NCBI GenBank assembly: GCA_963840455.1 | Contig: CAWIYV010000014.1 | Coordinates: 320,001 to 384,000 of the forward strand | DNA from: Nitrospirota bacterium | GTDB taxonomy: Bacteria > Nitrospirota > UBA9217 | Reading direction: 5' to 3' | DNA length: 64,000 nt | Shown: positions 37,539 through 47,551 of the stretch, in pieces | Numbering within the stretch: the stretch's first letter is position 1 | How the letters are laid out: every line of letters starts with the position of its first letter | The notes under the pieces: model-generated | Seen by the model: the letters and a program-made list of their open reading frames with translations, nothing else | Database searches by the model: none | What the model was told of the DNA's origin: nothing | Position numbers and translations under genes: made by a program

Positions 37539-40500
37539 ATGAGCGACAGGGACAGGACCAAGACCGACCTTCAGAAAGAACTGGAGCGCCTGCGCAGGCG
37601 GATCGCGGAGCTCGAATCCCGGGGTGCGGGCGATGGGCGCCCCGAGGATCTGCGGGCGAATGAGATGCGGTGCCAGCTGCTTCTCGATACGATGATCCAC
37701 GGCGTTCAGGAGAACGACTGCTCCGGTGTGATCACGTACAGCAATCGAGCGCATCACCGGATCATGGGATATGAGCACGGCGAGCTCGTTGGCAAGACCG
37801 TCTGGCAACTGCTGCCCCCCGGTGGGGAGCAGGGAGCTTTGCGGGAGTATCTTGCCTACCTGGTGAAGGAACAGCCGAAGCCGGCCCCCTATCTCTCTGT
37901 AAGCAGAAAAAAGGACGGGTCTCTGGTCGATCTCCAGATAGACTGGGACTATCAGCGTGATGACGCGGGACGCCTGAAAGGATTTATATCGGTCATAACC
38001 GACATCACCGAGCGCAAGCAGGCCGAGGCTAACATCAGAAATGCCGCGCGGCTCTACGCCTTCCTGAGCCAGATCAACCAGGCCATCGTCCGCACCCGGG
38101 AACGCGACGAACTGTTTCGGACCATCTGCCGGGTGGCGGTCGAGTTCGGACAGTTTAGGATGGCCTGGGTCGGGCTTATCGACGAGGCAGCAGGAATCGT
38201 AAGGTCTTTCGCGCATGCAGGTCAGGAAGAGGGCTATCTGAACGTCCTTTCGATACGCATCAGCGACGAAACCACCGGCAAGGGACCTACCGGGTCCGCG
38301 CTCCGCGGAGGGGCGCTGACCATCTGCGACAATATTGCGACAGACCCCCGCATGCTGCCCTGGCGGGAAGAGGCGCTGAAACGGGGGTACCGTTCGTCAG
38401 CGGCCATCCCGTTCAGGCAGAAGGAGAAGGTCATCGGGTCGCTGAACCTGTACGCCGCGGAACCGGGCTTCTTCGCCGAGGACGAGCGGAAGCTGCTGAC
38501 GGAGATCGGCGTCGACATCTCCTTCGCACTCGACACCATGGAGAGCGAAAAAGAGCGGAAGCGGATCGAGGTGGCGCTGCGGGAAAGCGAGGAGCGCCTG
38601 AACTACATGATGTCCAACTCACCCGCGGTCATCTACACGTGCAGGCCGTCGGGCGACTTCGCCGCGACCTTCGTCAGCGAGAATGTCGTGCATCAGCTGG
38701 GATATGAAGCTTCTGCGTTCATCGCCGATCCGGGCTTCTGGGCCGCTCACATCCATCCTGATGACAAGAAACGGGTCTTTGACGGGCTTTCCGCCCTTTT
38801 TGCAGAGGGCTCGCACACACATGAATACCGGTTCCTGCACAAGGACGGGGCCTGGCGCTGGATGCATGATGAACTGAGGCTGATACGAAACGCTGCCGGC
38901 GAGCCGGTCGAGATCCTCGGCTCGTGGGTCGATATCACCGACCGCAAGCAGGCCGAGGACGCGCTCGGGGAGAGCGAGCGGAAATACCGTACCCTGTTCG
39001 ATTCTGCAACCGATGCCATCTTCATCCTCGACCTCAATGGCAATATCCTTGATATCAACCGGACCGCCCATGCCCGGCTCGGATATACGAAGCGGGAAAT
39101 GCTGTCCATGCACGTTAGCCGCCTCGATCCGCCGGAGTTCGCCGTCAGGGTCCCTGAACGGCTCACCGAGGTGTCCCGGTCCGGAGTGGCGGTCTTCGAA
39201 TCCGCCCATCTTAGGAAGGACGGTTCCGTGATGCCGGTGGAGATCAATTCCCGGCTGCTGGAATACGAAGGGCGGCAGGAGTATTTCAGCATCGTCAGGG
39301 ACATCACCGACCGCAAACGTGCCGAGGAGGCGCTCAGGGAAAGCGAGGAGCGGTTCCGGACGCTGCTTGCGCGGGTCGATTCAGTGGCGGTGCAGGGCTT
39401 CGGCCCTGACGGCGTGGTCCATTATTGGAACAAGGCCTCGGAGCGGCTATATGGCTATTCGGCGGAAGAGGCACAGGGACGCAATATTCTTGACCTCATT
39501 GCTTCCCCGGAGGCGCGCGGGCCCATTACGAACGCCATTACGCAGATGGCGGAAAGCGGGTCGCCGCTCCCTTCGTCGGAAGCGTCGCTCCTGCGGAAGG
39601 ACGGGTCGCGCGTAACGGTGTTCGCGAGTTATGCCGTGGTGAACATGCCCGGACGCGCCCCCGAACTGTACTGCATCGACATCGATCTCACCGACCGCAA
39701 GCGGTCTGAGCAGGAGCGCCTGGAGCTGGAGCGGCGGCTGCTTTATGCCCAGAAGCTCGAGAGCCTCGGGATCCTGGCCGGGGGCATCGCCCATGACTTC
39801 AACAACCTGCTGATGGCGGTCCTGGGCAACCTCGACCTTGCGCTCCGGAAGGTCTCCCCGGTCTCACCCGCCCGCGCGAACATCGAGCAGTCCGCGCAGG
39901 CCGCACGCCGCGCAACGGACCTGACGCGCCAGATGCTGGCCTATTCGGGCAAGGGCAGGTTCATCGTCAAGCCCATGGACCTGAGCGAACTCGTGGAGGA
40001 GAACACGCACCTGTTCCGGGCGAGTGTGGCCAGGACTGCGACGCTGGACATCCGCCTTGGCCGCTCGCTGCCCTCCATCGAGGCTGATGTCGGCCAGGTG
40101 CAGCAGGTGATCATGAACCTCATCACCAACGCCGCAGAAGCGATCGGAGATTCGTCCGGCAGGATCATCATCACGACCGGGATGCAGGAGTGCGACGCGC
40201 AGTGCCTGAAGCAGAGCCGGATCGAGGACGTGCCGCCTGCCGGCAGGTTCGTCTACCTGGAAGTGTCCGACACGGGGTGCGGGATGGACGAGCAGACGCA
40301 GCAGCGGCTCTTCGATCCCTTCTTCACGACCAAGGCCCCGGGCCGCGGGCTCGGGATGTCGGCGATCCTGGGCATCGTGCGAGGGCACGGGGGCGCAATC
40401 TTCGTCGAGAGCGGCCCGGGCAGGGGGACCTCGATACGCATCCTTTTCCCCGCGTTCGAAGGAGCACCGACGGAGAGCGTTGCATCGGCAGGCGCGCCCG

Positions 40501-40898
40501 CCGCGGAGGCGGGGGTGCCCGCGATGAGCGGGACCGTCCTGGTGGTGGACGACGAGGAGATCGTGCGCATGGTCTGCAAGGAGATGGTGGAAACCATGGG
40601 CCTGCAGGTGCTGACCGCGGTGGACGGCAGGGATGCCGTTGAAGTGTTCACGAGGCACGCCGACAGCATTAGCCATGTCATCCTCGATCTTTCGATGCCG
40701 AACATGGACGGCATGGCCGCGTTCACCGAACTGGTCCGCATCAAGCCGGGCCTCAAGGTCATTCTTTCCAGCGGGTACGACGAGCAGGACTCCCTGCAGC
40801 GATTGTCGGGCCCGGGACTGGCGGGATTCATCCAGAAGCCCTATTCAATGCAAAACCTGCGCGACGCCTTGGAAAAGGCGGGAGCGGCCGGCGCATGA
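37539..40898 (+). CDS. Cytoplasmic hybrid sensor kinase (PAS-GAF-PAS-PAS-PAS-HisKA-HATPase-REC)
   Basis: GGIAHDFNNLL, NLITNAAEA, DTGCGM, FFTTK, VVDDE..DLSMPNMDG. Confidence 0.94.
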   Translation: MSDRDRTKTDLQKELERLRRRIAELESRGAGDGRPEDLRANEMRCQLLLDTMIHGVQENDCSGVITYSNRAHHRIMGYEHGELVGKTVWQLLPPGGEQGALREYLAYLVKEQPKPAPYLSVSRKKDGSLVDLQIDWDYQRDDAGRLKGFISVITDITERKQAEANIRNAARLYAFLSQINQAIVRTRERDELFRTICRVAVEFGQFRMAWVGLIDEAAGIVRSFAHAGQEEGYLNVLSIRISDETTGKGPTGSALRGGALTICDNIATDPRMLPWREEALKRGYRSSAAIPFRQKEKVIGSLNLYAAEPGFFAEDERKLLTEIGVDISFALDTMESEKERKRIEVALRESEERLNYMMSNSPAVIYTCRPSGDFAATFVSENVVHQLGYEASAFIADPGFWAAHIHPDDKKRVFDGLSALFAEGSHTHEYRFLHKDGAWRWMHDELRLIRNAAGEPVEILGSWVDITDRKQAEDALGESERKYRTLFDSATDAIFILDLNGNILDINRTAHARLGYTKREMLSMHVSRLDPPEFAVRVPERLTEVSRSGVAVFESAHLRKDGSVMPVEINSRLLEYEGRQEYFSIVRDITDRKRAEEALRESEERFRTLLARVDSVAVQGFGPDGVVHYWNKASERLYGYSAEEAQGRNILDLIASPEARGPITNAITQMAESGSPLPSSEASLLRKDGSRVTVFASYAVVNMPGRAPELYCIDIDLTDRKRSEQERLELERRLLYAQKLESLGILAGGIAHDFNNLLMAVLGNLDLALRKVSPVSPARANIEQSAQAARRATDLTRQMLAYSGKGRFIVKPMDLSELVEENTHLFRASVARTATLDIRLGRSLPSIEADVGQVQQVIMNLITNAAEAIGDSSGRIIITTGMQECDAQCLKQSRIEDVPPAGRFVYLEVSDTGCGMDEQTQQRLFDPFFTTKAPGRGLGMSAILGIVRGHGGAIFVESGPGRGTSIRILFPAFEGAPTESVASAGAPAAEAGVPAMSGTVLVVDDEEIVRMVCKEMVETMGLQVLTAVDGRDAVEVFTRHADSISHVILDLSMPNMDGMAAFTELVRIKPGLKVILSSGYDEQDSLQRLSGPGLAGFIQKPYSMQNLRDALEKAGAAGA

Positions 40899-41004
40899 CC
40901 GCGTTCGCAGTCATTGACATCGCATTGAGAACATTCGAAGGTGATCAGCCCAGGGAGTTGCTATCGATCATCCTGCAGATGCCGAAAAAAAGGGAGAACG
41001 AATC

Positions 41005-41400
41005 ATGACGATCAAAGAATATTTTGATGGTTCATCAGGGACCGGGGTACTGTCCACCGCCGATGCCGGCGGGAAGGTGGACGCGGCGATCTACTCGACG
41101 CCCCACGTGATGGACGACGGGACGGTGGCGTTCATCATGCGGGAGCGCTTGACGCACAATAACCTCCGATCGAACCCTTATGCAGCCTACCTGTTCATCG
41201 AGGACGGGCCTGGGCACCGGGGTCTTCGGCTCTTCCTGAAGAAGCTCCGGGAGGAAGACAATACCGAGGTCATCGCGGCTATGACCCGGAGACATCTGAA
41301 GCCCGACCTCGATGCCCAGAAGGGGCCGAAACACCTGGTCTATTTCGCGGTCGAGAAGGTCCTGCCGCTCATCGGGAGCGGAGAGCCGCCGGCCCGATGA
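41005..41400 (+). CDS. PNPOx-like FMN-binding protein (copy 2)
   Basis: About 80% amino-acid identity to 25297-25695 by manual alignment. Confidence 0.85.
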   Translation: MTIKEYFDGSSGTGVLSTADAGGKVDAAIYSTPHVMDDGTVAFIMRERLTHNNLRSNPYAAYLFIEDGPGHRGLRLFLKKLREEDNTEVIAAMTRRHLKPDLDAQKGPKHLVYFAVEKVLPLIGSGEPPAR

Positions 41401-41429
41401 CGGCCGCGTAAGAGAGCGGCCGGACGCGC

Positions 41430-41660
41430 ATGCGCAGGTTCTTCAACAGAATCCTCTGCCGGGCGGCATGATTCGCTGCCGTGCTCGGCGCCGTGAACGG
41501 CATGCCGTGGCTCGGCGTAACCGTTCCCGGCCGCGGTCGCGGTGCATCTCGTGCTCGCGGAAGAACGGAATGCCGAGTTGCTGCTGGCGCTGGCCGCAGC
41601 GGCCAGGGGATTCATGACCGACTCGGCGTTCATCGCCATGGGCCTATTCACGCCCGTATT
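41430..41660 (+). pseudogene. Decayed DUF2878 copy
   Basis: MRRFFNRILCRAA*FAAVLGAVNGMPWLGV, frameshift, HLVLAEERNAELLLALAAA; aligns with 27602-28123 (Trp TGG changed to TGA). Confidence 0.8.
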
Positions 41661-41700
41661 TAAAGTCTTCACCGCGATACGAAAGGAAGGTGCCTCTCTC

Positions 41701-42447
41701 ATGAGAGCTGTACTGTTCGCCGCCGCCGGATTTATGCTCTGTGCCGTGGTCACTACCCGTGACGCGTGCGCAGAATATGTACTCAACCTCCAGGGCGCAG
41801 CCGTCTTCACGGAAAAGAATGATGTCCGTATCCCGGGGGATAGCGGGACGAAGTTCTCCCTCTCCGACGACCTTGCGGCGGACAGTTCGTTCACCGGGCG
41901 GCTGGAAGCCGGGTACATCCACAAAGGACGGGATTATTTCGGCATCGTGGTCGCACCGCTCAGCGTGGACTCCCATGGCCGAGTTGACAAGGACATCCGC
42001 TTCGCGGGAACGGACTTCCTGGTGGGCACGGACCTCAACGCCACCTTCCGCTTCGACTCCTACCGGATCACGTGGCGGCGAAAGCTCGTGAGCCAGGACA
42101 AGCTCGATATCTGGCTGGGTGTGACCGGTAATATCCGGGATGCGGCGATCACGGTCGAGGGGGGAGGCCAGCAGGCGGAGAAGACCAACACGGGTTTCGT
42201 GCCGCTCATCAACTTCCTCATAGATTGGCGGTTCGCGCAGCCCTGGTCGTTCCGCATCGCCGGGGACGCCTTGGTAGGGCCGCAAGGCAGGGCCGAGGAC
42301 GTGATTTTTGCAATGCTGTACGACGTCAACCCGTCAACGAAGATCATCGCCGGATACCGGGTGCTGGAAGGCGGAGCGGATACCACAGACGTGTATACGT
42401 TCTCATTGTTCCATTTTGCGGTCGCGGGGATCGAGATACGGTTTTAG
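41701..42447 (+). CDS. Putative outer-membrane beta-barrel protein
   Basis: Signal peptide, alternating beta-strand pattern, C-terminal GIEIRF. Confidence 0.75.
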   Translation: MRAVLFAAAGFMLCAVVTTRDACAEYVLNLQGAAVFTEKNDVRIPGDSGTKFSLSDDLAADSSFTGRLEAGYIHKGRDYFGIVVAPLSVDSHGRVDKDIRFAGTDFLVGTDLNATFRFDSYRITWRRKLVSQDKLDIWLGVTGNIRDAAITVEGGGQQAEKTNTGFVPLINFLIDWRFAQPWSFRIAGDALVGPQGRAEDVIFAMLYDVNPSTKIIAGYRVLEGGADTTDVYTFSLFHFAVAGIEIRF

Positions 42448-42510
42448 CGCAGGGAGATGGAAGCCGCGGCATTCCGCATCTGAACATCGATGTCATAAGG
42501 AGATTTTTAC

Positions 42511-43452
42511 GTGAGAGCGGTCATGATCGATCGGTATGGAACGAACGAGGTGGTCAGGGTCCGCGAGGCGCCGATGCCGGTGCCCGGGGCCCACGATGTC
42601 CTGGTCAAGGTCCGCGCCGCGAGCGTGAACCCGGTGGACTGGAAGGTGCGCTACGGACAGGCGAGGATCTTCACCGGATCGAAATTCCCCAAGGTGCTGG
42701 GGAGCGAGTGTGCCGGCGAGGTCGCCGAGACCGGGGCGGGTGCGGCGGAGTTCCGGAAGGGCGACCGGGTGGTCATATACACGAGCGTGAGGCGGCTGGG
42801 CGCGTTTGCCGAATACGCATGCACGGCAGAAGACCGGGTCTATCCCATTGCTGACGGCATCACCTTCGAGCAGGCCGCCTGCCTTCCCATCGCGGGCCTG
42901 ACCGCGCTCCAGTCGCTCCGGGACCACGGAAAGATCGCTGCCGGCAAGAAGGTGCTGATCAACGGGGCATCAGGCGGCGTCGGCCATTTCGCGGTCCAGA
43001 TCGCGAAGATCTTCGGGGCGGAGGTCACGGCGGTAACGAGCGGAAGGAATATTGAATTCGTCAAAGGCCTCGGCGCGGACAGGGTCATCGACTATGTGAA
43101 AGAAGATTTCGCCAAAGGCAGCGGGCAGTATGACCTTGTTTTCGACGCCGTATCAATGCGCTCTTTTGGGGTGTGCAAACGGGTCCTGACGCCTGCCGGC
43201 ATCTACGTGAATACCCTGCCGAACGCCACTATCGTTGTTCAGCTCATCACCAGTTTGCTGCCGGGGAAAAAGGCCCGTTCCATGTGGGTCAGGCCGAACG
43301 CGTCCGATATCGCCTGGATGATGGTGCAGATCAAGGCCGGAAAGGTCCGCATCGTCATCGAGCAGGCCTATCCGCTGGACCGGATCACGGACGCCCTTGC
43401 CGCGAGCGAGGCAGGCAGGACGAGGGGGAAGATCGTCGTCTCGGTGGGGTAA
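42511..43452 (+). CDS. MDR-family NAD(P)-dependent oxidoreductase (quinone-reductase-like)
   Basis: AASVNPVDWK, INGASGGVG, GKIVV. Confidence 0.9.
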   Translation: MRAVMIDRYGTNEVVRVREAPMPVPGAHDVLVKVRAASVNPVDWKVRYGQARIFTGSKFPKVLGSECAGEVAETGAGAAEFRKGDRVVIYTSVRRLGAFAEYACTAEDRVYPIADGITFEQAACLPIAGLTALQSLRDHGKIAAGKKVLINGASGGVGHFAVQIAKIFGAEVTAVTSGRNIEFVKGLGADRVIDYVKEDFAKGSGQYDLVFDAVSMRSFGVCKRVLTPAGIYVNTLPNATIVVQLITSLLPGKKARSMWVRPNASDIAWMMVQIKAGKVRIVIEQAYPLDRITDALAASEAGRTRGKIVVSVG

Positions 43453-43509
43453 GCGCCGACACACGCAGGACGGTATGATCTCCTGCCGCGTTGATGCGGG
43501 GAAGTACGG

Positions 43510-44343
43510 TCACGGTTTGTAGTACATAAGCTTTCGTGCGAAGACTGCGGTGTCGCGGACGAGCTTCTTTTGTTCCTCCTCCGTCATGGGCTCGAACGCT
43601 TCGGCGAAACGGACGTTCTCCTCAAGCTGTGCGACATTGTCGCAGCCGACAACTATGTTCGTGACCGGATGGGAGAGGGCGAAGCGGAAGAAGGGCTCCA
43701 TGCCGGTGTACCCGGGGAGCTTCGAAGCGAATCCCCGGAAATAGACCTTCATGCCGATGACGCCCATGTTCTTCTCCAGGGCAAGAGGAAGGACCTCAGC
43801 AATAAAGCTCTTATACGCCGGTTCAGCGGGATTGACCGGCATCAGCACGGTATCGAAGTCGAAGCGCTCGATGCATGTCCTTATTATGGAAGGATGATGG
43901 TGCCCGGTGACGCCGATGAACCGCGTCTTGCCCCGTTGTTTCGCCTCGGAGAAGGCCTCGATCGCTCCACGCGGCCCGAAGATCTTCGCAAGCTCCTCTT
44001 CCTCCCGCACGTCGTGCACCTGCCACAGATCGAGATGGTCGGTCTGCATGTTCGCGAGCGTCTCGTGCAGATGGGCCAGCGCCCCCTTTCTGTCCCGGGC
44101 GTGGGACTTGCTCGTGAGGAAAATGTCCCTCCGCCGCTCCTTGAGCGCTTTTCCGTAATAGGATTCGCTTCCCGAGTACGCCCGCGCCGACTCGCAGTAG
44201 GAGATGCCCAGGTCCAGGGCCCGGTTGATGAGCGCATAGGCCTCCCGGTCGCGCCCAAAGGATCTGAGCACCCCCTCGCCGCCGAGGCCTAGGATGGTCA
44301 CTTCCCGGCCTGTCCTGCCGAGCATACGCTTCGGGATGGTCAT
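43510..44343 (-). CDS. Aldo/keto reductase
   Basis: LGRTG..VTILGLGG, SESYYG, DHLDLWQVHD, RFIGVTGH. Confidence 0.9.
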   Translation of the reverse strand: MTIPKRMLGRTGREVTILGLGGEGVLRSFGRDREAYALINRALDLGISYCESARAYSGSESYYGKALKERRRDIFLTSKSHARDRKGALAHLHETLANMQTDHLDLWQVHDVREEEELAKIFGPRGAIEAFSEAKQRGKTRFIGVTGHHHPSIIRTCIERFDFDTVLMPVNPAEPAYKSFIAEVLPLALEKNMGVIGMKVYFRGFASKLPGYTGMEPFFRFALSHPVTNIVVGCDNVAQLEENVRFAEAFEPMTEEEQKKLVRDTAVFARKLMYYKP

Positions 44344-44413
44344 GACCGGATTATAGCATAGCGCCTCCCTTTCTTTCCTTTACATTCCCTCCGCGCTATG
44401 CTAAAAAATCGGC

Positions 44414-47305
44414 ATGAAGCGCATTGAACTGCTTCCGGCAGGCATACTCCTCTTCATTGCCTGTTCCCTGCCCCTGGCCGCCCCTGCCGTCGAGCTTGAC
44501 GGTCTGCCCGTCACCGGGATCATCCTGAAGGACGACCTCGGCCGGCCGCTGCCCGACCATGACAATCTGCTGACGCTGATCGAAGTAAAGCCGGGCGATC
44601 CGCTCTCGCGGCAGATGGTCCGGAAAGGGATCGGCTATCTTTACCTTACGGGAAAGTTCCGCGACATCCGGGTGGAGGCTTTCCCGGATCAGGCCGGGGT
44701 GCGGCTCGAATACACGCTCGTCCCTATCATTATTGTGGAAAGGATCGTGCTCCGGGGGAACCATTCCCTGCCGGACCGCGTTATCCGCAACGCGGTGCGC
44801 GGGGTCGAGGGAAAGGAGCTGCGGGAGGAGAACTTTTCGGACATTCTCGCAGAGATCCAGGCGCGCTACCAGGCCGAGGGCTTCTACAACACGCGGGTCA
44901 CGTTCCGCCATGAGCCCGCCGCTGATCCACACCGGGTGGTCCTGTTCCTGTACATCACCGAACCCAAGCAGACGGTCATCGAGAAGGTCACGTTCAAGGG
45001 CACCAAGGTGTTCACCGATCAGGAACTGCTGAGTTCCATGCACAACCGGCCGGGCAGGCCCCTGCTCACGAACGTATTGCTCGAGGACGACATGGAGGCC
45101 CTCCGGCGAAAATACACCGATGCAGGGTATCCCGCCGCCGTGGCGGGTCCGGTGAGCATGAGCTTCCGGGACGAGCGGGCGTTCCTGGAGATCACGGGGG
45201 ACGAGGGGCCGAAGGTCACCCTGTCGTTCTCGGGGACCGATGCCTTCTGTGCAGAAAACTTCCCGGATCTGTTCGACCACGGACCGGACAACGACCAGCC
45301 GTTCACGGTGCTGCGGGAGGAGTGCGCGGCATACTTCCGCGATCTGCTCCTGATCGGGACCGAGCACGATGTGTCGGACACGGTGATCGAGAGCAGTGCG
45401 GACAAGATCAGGAAGGTATACCAGGACGAGGGCTACATGGATGTGAAGGTCGAAGTGAAGAAGACCGAAGCAGCCGGGCGCCTGGACATTGCCTTCCTGA
45501 TCCAGGAAGGGCAGAAGGTTGCCGTGGACAAGATCCGCGTGGAGGGGAACACGTTCTTTACCGCGAAGCAGATCAAGGACATTATGGCCACGCGGGAATC
45601 GGGGTGGTTTCGGTCTCGGCCGTACCGGGAGGATATCCTGGATAATGACGTTGACCTCATCACCAATCAGTATGTCGCTGACGGGTTCCAGTCGGCGGAG
45701 GTCAGGAGAACGGTGACACGGACGGCCGACGGCGGCAGGGCGCTGATCACGCTGAAGATCACCGAGGGCCGGCAGACCCTGACCGGGAACATCTCGTTCG
45801 AGGGGAACGCAGGCCTGGGCAATGAAGAGCTGGCAAAGGCGCTCCAGATGCGATCTGCTGCGCCTTTCAATGAACGGCTCCTGGAAGAGGACCGGTATCG
45901 CATCCTTTCCCTCTATTCCTCCCGGGGATACCTCAACGCGAGCGTCGAGGCGGAGAAGAAATCTGCCTTCGAGGGCGAGCCTGCGGGCAAGGACGGGAAG
46001 GGGGGGGCCGCAGACAACACCCCGGAGGTGATGAACATCAAGTACCGCATCACCGAGGACCAGCGGGTCTTTATCGGCAAGGTCATCCTCCGGGGGAACG
46101 TGGCGACCCGGGACTCTGTGATCCTGCGCGAGCTCGAGCCCCGGACCGGCGAGCCCTACAACTATGAGGCGATGCTGAAGAGCCAGCAGCGGGTCTACCG
46201 CTACGGCTACTTCAGCCTGGCGAAATTCGAGCCGGTCCACCCCAACGAAAAGGAGTCTGTCAAGGACATGCTCTTCACGGTGGAGGAGCGGCCCGCAGGC
46301 GCCGTGGAGTTCGGGATCGGGTACGGCACCCTGGACCGGCTGCGGGGGTTCGTGGAGGTTTCCCACCGGAACATCCTGGGCACGGCGCGCTACGCGAGGA
46401 TACGCTTCGAAGCGAGCGATATCCTGGAGCGTGCGGCATTCACGCTCCAGGAGCCATGGTACCTTGGGTATCGGAACCTGGAAAGCAAGTTCCTGCTGGC
46501 GTGGTCCAATGCGAAGCGGATCAACGAACAGACGCGCGAGATCTATTACGAGACCCGGAAGACGACCACCTCCTACGGCGTTGAGAAGACCTTCGACACG
46601 CTCAAGACCTCGCTCACCTACCAGTACGAGATCGTGACCAACTACAATGTGCAGCAAGCCGCGGAACTGACACCCGAGGACAGCGGGCATGTGCTCATCA
46701 GCAGTCTGAATCCAGCCGTCATCTGGGACCTCCGCGACAACCCGTTCAATCCCACACGCGGGAGCGTCCACGGCGCGAATCTCAAGGAAGCCATGGATCT
46801 CCTGGGGTCCAAAGCCAACTTTTCGAAAGTGACGGTACAATCAAGCTGGTTCTTTCCGGTCGCCGAACGCAAGATTCTTGCTTTCTCGGCGCGTGCGGGG
46901 ATGGCCTGGCCGCATAAGGACACGGCGGAGATCCCCATCAACGAGCGGTTCTACCTGGGCGGCGGCACCACGGTGCGGGGGTATATCCAGGACTCGATCG
47001 GGCCCCCCTCCGACGTGGCGGCCACCTCGAGCAAGGTACCGACGGGCGGCGACGGGATGATCCAGCTGAATGCCGAAATGCGTCTGAACACCGCCGAAAG
47101 CGGCGGGCTGGTGTTCTTTACCGACGCGGGGAACGTCTGGGTGCAGCAGGCCATCCACCTCAATGACCTCCGGGCGTCTTACGGAATGGGGCTCCGGTAT
47201 AACACCCCGGTCGGGCCCATCCGGGTGGACTACGGCCAGAAGATCCACCGCCGGACCGGCGAGAGCCCGGGAGAGCTCCATTTCAGCATAGGCCACGCTT
47301 TCTAA
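44414..47305 (+). CDS. Omp85-family outer-membrane assembly factor (BamA/TamA-like) with many POTRA domains
   Basis: Repeated POTRA units (I..EGN...Y...GY), RFYLGGGTTVRGY, TPVGPIRVDYG, terminal SIGHAF. Confidence 0.88.
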   Translation: MKRIELLPAGILLFIACSLPLAAPAVELDGLPVTGIILKDDLGRPLPDHDNLLTLIEVKPGDPLSRQMVRKGIGYLYLTGKFRDIRVEAFPDQAGVRLEYTLVPIIIVERIVLRGNHSLPDRVIRNAVRGVEGKELREENFSDILAEIQARYQAEGFYNTRVTFRHEPAADPHRVVLFLYITEPKQTVIEKVTFKGTKVFTDQELLSSMHNRPGRPLLTNVLLEDDMEALRRKYTDAGYPAAVAGPVSMSFRDERAFLEITGDEGPKVTLSFSGTDAFCAENFPDLFDHGPDNDQPFTVLREECAAYFRDLLLIGTEHDVSDTVIESSADKIRKVYQDEGYMDVKVEVKKTEAAGRLDIAFLIQEGQKVAVDKIRVEGNTFFTAKQIKDIMATRESGWFRSRPYREDILDNDVDLITNQYVADGFQSAEVRRTVTRTADGGRALITLKITEGRQTLTGNISFEGNAGLGNEELAKALQMRSAAPFNERLLEEDRYRILSLYSSRGYLNASVEAEKKSAFEGEPAGKDGKGGAADNTPEVMNIKYRITEDQRVFIGKVILRGNVATRDSVILRELEPRTGEPYNYEAMLKSQQRVYRYGYFSLAKFEPVHPNEKESVKDMLFTVEERPAGAVEFGIGYGTLDRLRGFVEVSHRNILGTARYARIRFEASDILERAAFTLQEPWYLGYRNLESKFLLAWSNAKRINEQTREIYYETRKTTTSYGVEKTFDTLKTSLTYQYEIVTNYNVQQAAELTPEDSGHVLISSLNPAVIWDLRDNPFNPTRGSVHGANLKEAMDLLGSKANFSKVTVQSSWFFPVAERKILAFSARAGMAWPHKDTAEIPINERFYLGGGTTVRGYIQDSIGPPSDVAATSSKVPTGGDGMIQLNAEMRLNTAESGGLVFFTDAGNVWVQQAIHLNDLRASYGMGLRYNTPVGPIRVDYGQKIHRRTGESPGELHFSIGHAF

Positions 47306-47330
47306 CAGATCACGGAAAAAGGCGTTTTTT

Positions 47331-47421
47331 GTCTTTGCGAGCGTAGTGAGGCGATCTCGCGGTTAACCATAGCGGGTACTGAGAGATCGCTCCGTCGCAC
47401 AAATCGCTCCTCGCAATGGAC
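47331..47421. repeat. Palindromic intergenic repeat (gtctttgcgagcg..gcgatctc / gagatcgc..ctcgcaatggac)
   Basis: Arms are reverse complementary. Confidence 0.6.
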
Positions 47422-47551
47422 CATTCGGGACTTTTTCAGCAAACGGTTAAGGGCCGGATGCGGCACTGCTGCTGGACGAAACCGTTCCGTGATGGTATTA
47501 TGCCATTACGAACCTTGCCCGCGCCTGCGTGGCGGACCTTTCGACAAAACC

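Noticed and set aside
41469-41471. In-frame TGA in the DUF2878 copy as selenocysteine
   Set aside because: Aligns with Trp (TGG) in the intact paralog and is accompanied by a frameshift and truncation
44396-46840. Long antisense ORFs (814 aa here; also 10548-12161, 23562-25082, 60057-61382)
   Set aside because: Shadow ORFs opposite well-supported genes in GC-rich DNA, with no motifs
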